Source of the DNA: Fusobacteriota bacterium
Lineage (GTDB): Bacteria; Fusobacteriota; Fusobacteriia; Fusobacteriales; JBNJFI01
DNA length: 20,290 bases
Direction: 5' to 3'
Assembly: GCA_051746725.1 (NCBI GenBank)
Contig: JBNJFI010000015.1
Span: forward strand, 1-20,290
Below are positions 1-6,509 of the stretch, piece after piece. How positions within the stretch are numbered: position 1 is the stretch's first letter; every line of letters starts with the position of its first letter. A program made the translations under genes and the position numbers. A model generated the notes under the pieces. The model worked only from the letters and a program-made list of their open reading frames with translations. It did no database searches and was not told the DNA's origin.

Positions 1-52
1 GATATTCTTATCCCTACGTAACCTGAAACGTAAGGGCGAAGGGCCTTCGCCC
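1..52. repeat. Two inversely oriented REP-like GC-rich palindromes (first one truncated by the window edge)
   Basis: 30-52 reads GTAA-GGGCGAAG-GGC-CTTCGCCC (8-bp stem, 3-nt loop). 1-17 on the minus strand reads GTAG-GGATAAGA-ATA-TC..., the same geometry cut by the edge. GC-rich against a very AT-rich background. Confidence 0.5.
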
Positions 53-60
53 GCATCACC

Positions 61-119
61 CAAAACTAATTCTGTTAATAGATCTGTGGAAAACTTGATA
101 TATTATCTTTTTAGTTTTG
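61..119. other. Imperfect long stem-loop / inverted repeat
   Basis: CAAAACTAA (61-69) and TTAGTTTTG (111-119) form a perfect 9-bp inverted repeat, with inner pairing TAATA(76-80)/TATTA(101-105) and ATC(82-84)/GAT(97-99). Confidence 0.45.
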
Positions 120-160
120 CAACTTCCTAAAAATATACAATTTATTAGTAGTTATAAAAT

Positions 161-189
161 ATAATATCATGTTTTTCATATTTTTTCAA
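161..189 (-). promoter_or_regulatory. Putative divergent sigma70 promoter (leftward)
   Basis: Minus strand TTGAAA (189-184), 17-nt spacer ending in TGA (extended -10), TATTAT (166-161). AT-rich background lowers specificity. Confidence 0.55.
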
Positions 190-302
190 TTTAGAATTAT
201 AAATATTTTTCAAAATTTTCAATAAATAAAAATCATATTACTCAAAGTCCAATAGAAGCTATAATTATAACTATAATTTTATTAAAAAAATTACGATAAA
301 AT

Positions 303-331
303 TTGAAAAAAAAGGTAAAATAAGTTATAAT
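303..331 (+). promoter_or_regulatory. sigma70 promoter for panC-ptsI-ptsH-ispH/rpsA
   Basis: TTGAAA (303-308), 17-nt spacer, TATAAT (326-331), 38 nt upstream of the panC ATG. Confidence 0.75.
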
Positions 332-369
332 AAGATATATTGACAACATTTGAAAATGGAGTGATTTAT

Positions 370-1239
370 ATGGAGAGAATATCAAAAATTTCTGAGCTGA
401 AACCTCTTTTGAAAAAAGCAAAACAAAACGGCAAAATAATAGGTTTAGTTCCTACAATGGGGTTTTTACACCAGGGGCATCTATCATTAGTTAAAAAAAT
501 AAAGAAAAAAGTAGATATAGTTGTCATGAGTATATTTGTAAATCCAACTCAATTTGGAGAAGGAGAAGATCTAGACAAGTATCCAAGAGACTTAAAGAGA
601 GACAGTAAACTATCAAAAAAGGTCGGAGTTGATTATTTATTTACTCCAGGTGAATCAGAAATTTATAGAGAAAATTTCCAAACTGAGGTTTCAGTTAAAG
701 AGTTGCAGAGAGGACTTTGTGGACAAAAAAGGCCTGGACATTTTAATGGAGTAACTACAATTGTAACAAAACTATTTAATATAGTTGATCCTGATTTTGC
801 TATATTTGGAGAAAAGGATTTTCAACAATTAAGAATTATTGAGCAGATGGTACGAGATCTTAATTTTGACATAAAAATATTACATGGAGAAATAATAAGA
901 GAAGATAATGGATTAGCTATAAGTTCTAGAAATAAATATTTAGATGACCAAGAAAAGCAGAGAGCTCAGGGATTAAGAAAAATATTATTGTACGGGAAAA
1001 AATTATTAACGGATATTATTACAAAAAATAATAAAAACATCACTGTTGATGAAATAAAACTTAAATTAAAAAAGAAATTAAAAGAAAAATATGATATAAA
1101 TAAAATTGATTACATAAATATAATAGATTATGAAACTTTATCTGACATTCAAGAGATAAAAAAACAAGATATTGTGATAGCAGCAGCTATCTACGTTGGG
1201 AAAACTCGATTAATCGACAATATTATTATAAAACATTAA
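370..1239 (+). CDS. panC: Pantoate--beta-alanine ligase (pantothenate synthetase)
   Basis: VPTMGFLHQGH, SIFVNPTQF, RPGHFNGV, FGEKDFQQ, GLAISSRN and RLIDN motifs. ATG 370 follows SD GGAGTGA (358-364) and is preferred over TTG 340. Confidence 0.97.
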   Translation: MERISKISELKPLLKKAKQNGKIIGLVPTMGFLHQGHLSLVKKIKKKVDIVVMSIFVNPTQFGEGEDLDKYPRDLKRDSKLSKKVGVDYLFTPGESEIYRENFQTEVSVKELQRGLCGQKRPGHFNGVTTIVTKLFNIVDPDFAIFGEKDFQQLRIIEQMVRDLNFDIKILHGEIIREDNGLAISSRNKYLDDQEKQRAQGLRKILLYGKKLLTDIITKNNKNITVDEIKLKLKKKLKEKYDINKIDYINIIDYETLSDIQEIKKQDIVIAAAIYVGKTRLIDNIIIKH

Positions 1240-1292
1240 TTTTGTATTCTAATTCTTTTAGATATGAGAAAAAAATCAAAAGAGGGGTAAAT

Positions 1293-3032
1293 ATGAAGAA
1301 ATTAGAAGGTTCTTCAATATATGAAGGAGTAGTTATAGCCAAACCATATTATAATAAATCCAAAAAAGTAGAAGTAGAAACACGACGAATCCCAAGTGAT
1401 CAAGTAGATTTGGAGTTAAATAGATTTAGAAATGTTATAGACGAAACAAAAGAGCAAATACAAAAAATGATAGAATCATTATATGGAAAAGTAGATAGAA
1501 AAGATATAAAAATATTAAATGTTCACTTGATGATGCTTGAGGATCCAGTTTTTTTATCTGATATAACCAATAAAGTTAAGATCGAACAGATCAATGTTGA
1601 AGCAGTTATTGAAGAAGTGGTTAAAAAATATGTGGGAATGTTCAAGCAGCTTAATGATTCAAATTATAAGCAAAGAGCTATAGATATTGAAGATATAGGA
1701 GAAAGATTAATAGCAAATTTACAGGGAAGATCTCTTATGTTACAAGGTTTAGATGGCCATATATTGGTATCTGAAGATTTAAAGCCTTCTACATTATTAA
1801 ATTATTGTAATAAAGGAATCGAAATAAAAGGGTTAATTTTAGAAATGGGAGGGGAAACCTCACATTTAGCTATTTTAGCTAAAACTTTAAGCATTCCCAC
1901 TCTTTTAAGAGTTAAAAACATAAAAGATTTTAAATCAAAAGAAGATGAGGAAATAATATTAGATACAAGATTAATAAATGAATATGCCATTATTGATCCC
2001 ACAAAAGATGAATTGGAATGGTATAAAAAAGAACAAAAAGAATATATGAAATATAAGAAAAATTTAAAAAAATTAATAGGAAAACCTGCGATGTCCAAAG
2101 ACCAAGAAAGAATTAAAATTAATGTTAATATGGGTGGAATTATAGAACTAACAAATATTAACAACTATGATCCAGATGGGATAGGATTGGTTAGAACAGA
2201 ATTTATTTATATGAACTCTGATCATTTTCCCAGTGAAGAAGAACAACTACAGGCATATAAAAAAATCGTGGACAGCATAGGAAAGGAAAAAACAGTAACT
2301 ATAAGAACTCTTGATATAGGAGGAGATAAGAAGTTAAATTATTTTAATCTTCCAGATGAAGAAAACCCTTTTTTGGGTCTTAGGTCAATTAGACTATCAT
2401 TACGATATCCAGATATATTTAGAACTCAGATAAGAGCAATTTTAAGAGCTTCTAGCTATGGAAATATCCAGATAATGTATCCTATGATTAGTAGTTTAGA
2501 AGAGGTTTTAAGTGCAAATGAAATATTAGAAGAAGAAAAGAAAAAACTAAAGAAAAAAGAAATAGACTTTAATGAAGATATAAAAGTTGGGATCATGATA
2601 GAGGTACCATCGGCAGCGATAATATCAGATATTTTAGCTAAAGAAGTTGATTTTTTTAGTATAGGAACTAATGATTTAACACAGTATATTTTAGCTTCGG
2701 ATAGATTAAGCGAAGAAGTTTCAGATATATATGATAATTATCATCCTGCAGTTATAAGAAGTATTGCTAATATAGCCGATAATGCTATAAAAGAAGGAAT
2801 AAAAGTTAGTGTCTGTGGAGAAATGGCTGGAGATAAATTAGCCATGTTAGCATTTTTAAGCTTTGGAATAAAGGATTTTAGTATGCTACCTTCAGTTACA
2901 TTAAAAATAAAAAAGATAATTTCAACTATTTCTATAAAAGACTTAGGTGAATTGCGAGAGAACATACTGCAAGCATCTACTTCTGAAGAATTAAAAAATA
3001 TATTAAATGATTATTTAATAGGAGTGATGTAA
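1293..3032 (+). CDS. ptsI: PEP-protein phosphotransferase, PTS enzyme I
   Basis: GGETSHLAI (phospho-His), GIGLVRTEF, RTLDIGGDK, ENPFLGLRSIR, FFSIGTNDLTQY, VCGEMAGD. ATG 1293 follows SD GAGGGG. Confidence 0.95.
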   Translation: MKKLEGSSIYEGVVIAKPYYNKSKKVEVETRRIPSDQVDLELNRFRNVIDETKEQIQKMIESLYGKVDRKDIKILNVHLMMLEDPVFLSDITNKVKIEQINVEAVIEEVVKKYVGMFKQLNDSNYKQRAIDIEDIGERLIANLQGRSLMLQGLDGHILVSEDLKPSTLLNYCNKGIEIKGLILEMGGETSHLAILAKTLSIPTLLRVKNIKDFKSKEDEEIILDTRLINEYAIIDPTKDELEWYKKEQKEYMKYKKNLKKLIGKPAMSKDQERIKINVNMGGIIELTNINNYDPDGIGLVRTEFIYMNSDHFPSEEEQLQAYKKIVDSIGKEKTVTIRTLDIGGDKKLNYFNLPDEENPFLGLRSIRLSLRYPDIFRTQIRAILRASSYGNIQIMYPMISSLEEVLSANEILEEEKKKLKKKEIDFNEDIKVGIMIEVPSAAIISDILAKEVDFFSIGTNDLTQYILASDRLSEEVSDIYDNYHPAVIRSIANIADNAIKEGIKVSVCGEMAGDKLAMLAFLSFGIKDFSMLPSVTLKIKKIISTISIKDLGELRENILQASTSEELKNILNDYLIGVM

Positions 3033-3302
3033 ATGAAAACTATTGAAGTTGAAATAAAAAATGAAGCTGGATTGCATGCAAGGCCTTCATCTTTATTGGT
3101 AGAGACAGCAAGTAAATTTGATTCTGAAATCAAAATAAAAACTAATGGGGAAGAGGTAAATGCCAAAAGTATAATGGGTCTTATGTTATTGGCTGCTGAA
3201 AAGGGTAGAAAAATTGAGATAGTTGCCCATGGAAGTGATGAAGATGAAGCATTAGAAGCTTTGCAGAAGTTAGTAGAGGTCGATACCTTTAATGAAGAAT
3301 AG
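3033..3302 (+). CDS. ptsH: HPr phosphocarrier protein
   Basis: GLHARP (His15) and NAKSIMGLM (Ser46), 89 aa. ATG directly follows the ptsI TAA. Confidence 0.96.
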   Translation: MKTIEVEIKNEAGLHARPSSLLVETASKFDSEIKIKTNGEEVNAKSIMGLMLLAAEKGRKIEIVAHGSDEDEALEALQKLVEVDTFNEE

Positions 3303-5766
3303 AGTTAGTATAAAAAGAGCAAAAAAGATGGGGTTTTGCTTTGGTGTAAAGGAAGCCTTAACAGATACTGAAAAAATTATATCGGAAAATCCAGATAAAA
3401 ACATATATATGTTTGGGATGTTAGTTCATAATAAAGATGTGATAAAAAGATTAACAGAAAAGGGATTAAAAATAATATCACAAAAAGATATATCTCATTT
3501 GACTCCAGAGGACATAGTTATAATAAGAGCTCATGGAATAAAGAAAGAGATTCAAAATAAGTTAAAGAAAACAGGGGTTAAAGTTTATGACTTGGCTTGT
3601 ATATTTGTAAAAAAATCTAGGGATATTTTAGAACAAAAACAGAAGCAAGGTTTTAAAATTATTTTTATAGGAGATGAAAATCACCCAGAAGTCAAGGGGA
3701 TTATTAGTTATGGGGATAACACAGAAATTATTTCAGGGTATAAAGAGATAAAAAATTATAAATTTGAGAATGATAAAAAATATTATATTTTAGAGCAAAC
3801 TACTTTAAATAATATTGAATTTAAAAAAATAAAAAAATATCTAAAGGAAAACAAATTAAGTTCTAATACGGAGATAGGAAATACAATTTGTGGTGCTACA
3901 TATGAAAGACAAAAAGCTACGGAAGAACTTGCCAAAACAGTAGATATGATTTTTATTATAGGGGGATATAATAGTTCGAACACCAAAAAATTATATAAAA
4001 TAGCAAGAAAGATAAATAACAAAAGTTATCATATCGAAAATCATGAGGATATAAAAAAAACATGGTTTGAGAACAAAAGAAATTTAAGAATAGGAATAAC
4101 CGCTGGAGCTTCTACTCCGGCAGAAAGCATAAAAAATGTAGAAAAAATCATAGAGGAGGAAATTATGTCAGAAGGAACAAACTTTGAAGAAATGTTAGAA
4201 AATTATTTACCAGACACAGTTGAGGAAGGTGAGATCACTAAGGGAATTATCTTAAGAAAAGATAGAGAACACGGTTATTTAGATATAGGAACAAAAGGTG
4301 AAGGTGTTGTCAACGCAAGAGAAATTGAAGATAATGAAATAGGGGACGAAATAGAGGTAATGGTATTAAATGTAGGAGAAGGTATAGAAGAAAACCTACG
4401 AGTTTCTAGAAGAGCTGTAGAATTAAAAAGGAATTGGAGTACTATAGTTGAGAAAGCGGAAGCTAAGGAAAAAGTAACAGGTGAGATAACTAGAAAAGTT
4501 AAAGGTGGATATATAGTTAGGTTATTTAAATATAATTGTTTTATGCCAGGATCTTTATCTCAATATAATAGAGATGATAATCCTGTAGGGGAAAAAGTTG
4601 AAGTAATTATAAAAGATTATGAAGATGGAAAAAGAAAGAAAGTTATTTTATCTCAAAAAGAAGTAAAACAAAAAGAACAAGAAGAGCAATTAGAAAAATT
4701 AAACGAAGGTGATATAATAGAAGGAGAAATACTTCATATAAAACCATATGGTTTAATTGTAAAAGTTGGAGCTCTTTCAGGATTAATTCATATTTCAGAA
4801 ATTGCATGGAAACGAATAGAAAACTTAGAAGAGTTATTTGAAGTAGGGGAAAAAGTTAAGGCTAAAATATTATCGATAAATGAAAACAAAAAAAGCTTGA
4901 AATTAAGTAAAAAACAGTTATCGGAAAATCCATGGGATACTATAGAAGAAAAATATGAAATTGGATCTGTACAAAAAGGGAAAGTAGTTCGAATTAAAAA
5001 ATATGGTGCTTTTGTTGAATTAGAAGAAGGTGTAGAAGGTCTGCTGCATATATCAGAACTATCTTGGAGTAAATCAGTAAGTAATCCAAAAAAATACATG
5101 GAACTTGGAGATGAAATAGAAGTAAAAATATTAGATATAGATAAGGAAAAGCAACGAATAAAATTAAGTTTAAAACAATTAAAAGAAAATCCATGGGATA
5201 ATATAGAAGAAAAATACCCTATTGGTTCAGAGCAAAAAGGGAAAATAGCAGGAATTAAAAATTTCGGGTTATTTGTAGAACTTGAAGAAGGAGTAGATGT
5301 TTTTGTTCATGTATCAGATTTAGGATGGGTAGACCCAAGTGTTAAAGAGTTCAAAAAAGGTGATGAAGTAGAATTTGAAATTACAGAAATTGATAAAGAA
5401 GAAAATAAAATAAAAGGTAGTGTAAAGAGATTAATTCCAAATCCTTTGGATAAAATATTTGATAAATATTCTGAAGGAGATGTAATTAAAAGAGAAATAA
5501 TAAGTATAGCCCCTTTTGGAATTTTTATAGAATTAGAAGATGGAATAGATGGTATGATTCATATTTCTGAAGCTTCAAAAGATTATATTAAAGATCTTAA
5601 GGAAAAATTTGAAATAGGACAAGAAGTAGAAGCGGAAATAATAAAAATGGATAAAGAAAATAAAAAGATAAAATTATCTATAAAAAAATTAGAAGAACAA
5701 AATGAAACTGAAAAAGAAAAAGATCTAATAGAAGAATATGGAACAGTTGGAGATGAAGAAGAATAA
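3292..5766 (+). CDS. ispH-rpsA: Fused 4-hydroxy-3-methylbut-2-enyl diphosphate reductase (IspH/LytB) and 30S ribosomal protein S1
   Basis: N-terminal ~290 aa has three Fe-S Cys (GFCFGV, ACIFV, TICGAT) plus VHN, RAHG, HPEV, QTT, SSNT and AGASTP. C-terminal 533 aa has six S1 repeats (e.g. YGAFVELEEGVEGLLHISELSW). One open frame, overlapping ptsH by 11 nt. Confidence 0.95.
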   Translation: MKNRVSIKRAKKMGFCFGVKEALTDTEKIISENPDKNIYMFGMLVHNKDVIKRLTEKGLKIISQKDISHLTPEDIVIIRAHGIKKEIQNKLKKTGVKVYDLACIFVKKSRDILEQKQKQGFKIIFIGDENHPEVKGIISYGDNTEIISGYKEIKNYKFENDKKYYILEQTTLNNIEFKKIKKYLKENKLSSNTEIGNTICGATYERQKATEELAKTVDMIFIIGGYNSSNTKKLYKIARKINNKSYHIENHEDIKKTWFENKRNLRIGITAGASTPAESIKNVEKIIEEEIMSEGTNFEEMLENYLPDTVEEGEITKGIILRKDREHGYLDIGTKGEGVVNAREIEDNEIGDEIEVMVLNVGEGIEENLRVSRRAVELKRNWSTIVEKAEAKEKVTGEITRKVKGGYIVRLFKYNCFMPGSLSQYNRDDNPVGEKVEVIIKDYEDGKRKKVILSQKEVKQKEQEEQLEKLNEGDIIEGEILHIKPYGLIVKVGALSGLIHISEIAWKRIENLEELFEVGEKVKAKILSINENKKSLKLSKKQLSENPWDTIEEKYEIGSVQKGKVVRIKKYGAFVELEEGVEGLLHISELSWSKSVSNPKKYMELGDEIEVKILDIDKEKQRIKLSLKQLKENPWDNIEEKYPIGSEQKGKIAGIKNFGLFVELEEGVDVFVHVSDLGWVDPSVKEFKKGDEVEFEITEIDKEENKIKGSVKRLIPNPLDKIFDKYSEGDVIKREIISIAPFGIFIELEDGIDGMIHISEASKDYIKDLKEKFEIGQEVEAEIIKMDKENKKIKLSIKKLEEQNETEKEKDLIEEYGTVGDEEE
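4153..4167 (+). promoter_or_regulatory. Internal ribosome-binding site and in-frame ATG at the start of the S1 moiety
   Basis: GAGGAGG (4153-4159), AAATT, ATG at 4165, in frame (Met292, MSEGTNFEEMLENY). Confidence 0.65.
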
Positions 5767-5772
5767 GATTTT

Positions 5773-5801
5773 AGGGCTATGATAAAACATAGCCCTTTTT
5801 T
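5773..5801 (+). terminator. Rho-independent terminator after ispH-rpsA
   Basis: AGGGCTATG-ATAAAA-CATAGCCCT 9-bp hairpin followed by a T run, 6 nt after the stop codon. Confidence 0.9.
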
Positions 5802-5839
5802 CTTTAAAAGAAAGTTGAAATTAAAAGTTAAAGCATATG

Positions 5840-5868
5840 TTGAAAAACTGTCTCTAATATGATAGAAT
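5840..5868 (+). promoter_or_regulatory. sigma70 promoter for the DUF445...dxs operon
   Basis: TTGAAA (5840-5845), 17-nt spacer ending in TGA (extended -10), TAGAAT (5863-5868), just downstream of the terminator. Confidence 0.7.
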
Positions 5869-5903
5869 AAAGGTAACGATTAAATATGGAGGAAGGAAAA
5901 ATA

Positions 5904-6509
5904 ATGATTATAAATTTCTTAATAATGGTTATAGTAGGGATATCAATTGGTTGGGTGACAAATTTTTTGGCTGTCAAACTACTATTTAGACCATATAAAA
6001 AAATTAATATACTAGGATTTTCAATACAAGGAGTTATTCCAAAGCGTAAAGAAGAATTAGCAATTAATATAGCAGAAATTATAGAGAAGGAATTATTATC
6101 AATTGAAGATATAACAGATACTATTAATAGTTCTGAGTTAGAAGAAGAAATCGAAATAATTTCAGATGCAATAGTAAATAAAAAATTAAAAGAAGAGATT
6201 ATATCTAATTTTCCCATGGCAAAAATGTTTTTAAATGATAAACTTTTGAATAAAATAAAGGGCTATATAAAATCAGTAATTGAAGATAATAAAGATGAAT
6301 TGGTAAAAATTATTATAGAAAAGTTTGAAAGAGATGCTGATCTAAAAGGGATAATAACAAAAAAGATAAATGAATTTTCTGTAGTTAAATTGGAAAATAT
6401 AGTTTTAGAAGTAGCTTCAAAGGAATTTAAACATATTGAGTTTATTGGTGGAGTGTTAGGGGGATTAATAGGAACAGTTCAATTTATAATAATGAAGGTG
6501 ATGCTATGA
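5904..6509 (+). CDS. DUF445 family membrane protein
   Basis: IGWVTNFLAVKLLFRP, QGVIPKRKEELA and C-terminal IEFIGGVLGGLIG are typical of DUF445. ATG 5904 follows GGAGGAAGGA. ATG 5886 is the alternative start. Confidence 0.88.
   Translation: MIINFLIMVIVGISIGWVTNFLAVKLLFRPYKKINILGFSIQGVIPKRKEELAINIAEIIEKELLSIEDITDTINSSELEEEIEIISDAIVNKKLKEEIISNFPMAKMFLNDKLLNKIKGYIKSVIEDNKDELVKIIIEKFERDADLKGIITKKINEFSVVKLENIVLEVASKEFKHIEFIGGVLGGLIGTVQFIIMKVML

Noticed and set aside
53..130. Possible T-box or other known riboswitch
   Set aside because: No T-box GGTGGNACCGCG or other aptamer consensus recognisable on either strand.
111..179. 22-codon minus-strand ORF MKNMILYFITTNKLYIFRKLQN
   Set aside because: No SD, starts within the predicted minus-strand promoter, and has no leader-peptide signature.
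259..278. CTATAATT direct repeat / TATAATTATA palindrome as an operator
   Set aside because: Nearly all A/T in an extremely AT-rich spacer, so expected by chance.
340..369. ORF-track upstream starts (panC TTG 340; likewise ptsI 1242, Rrf2 9719, mrdA 12686, dapB 15076)
   Set aside because: Downstream ATGs have proper SD sequences and match family N-termini.
4924..5216. 32-nt near-identical direct repeat (4924-4955 and 5185-5216)
   Set aside because: 261 nt (87 codons) apart and encoding ENPWDxIEEKY at successive S1 domain boundaries, so a protein-domain repeat rather than CRISPR or a mobile element.
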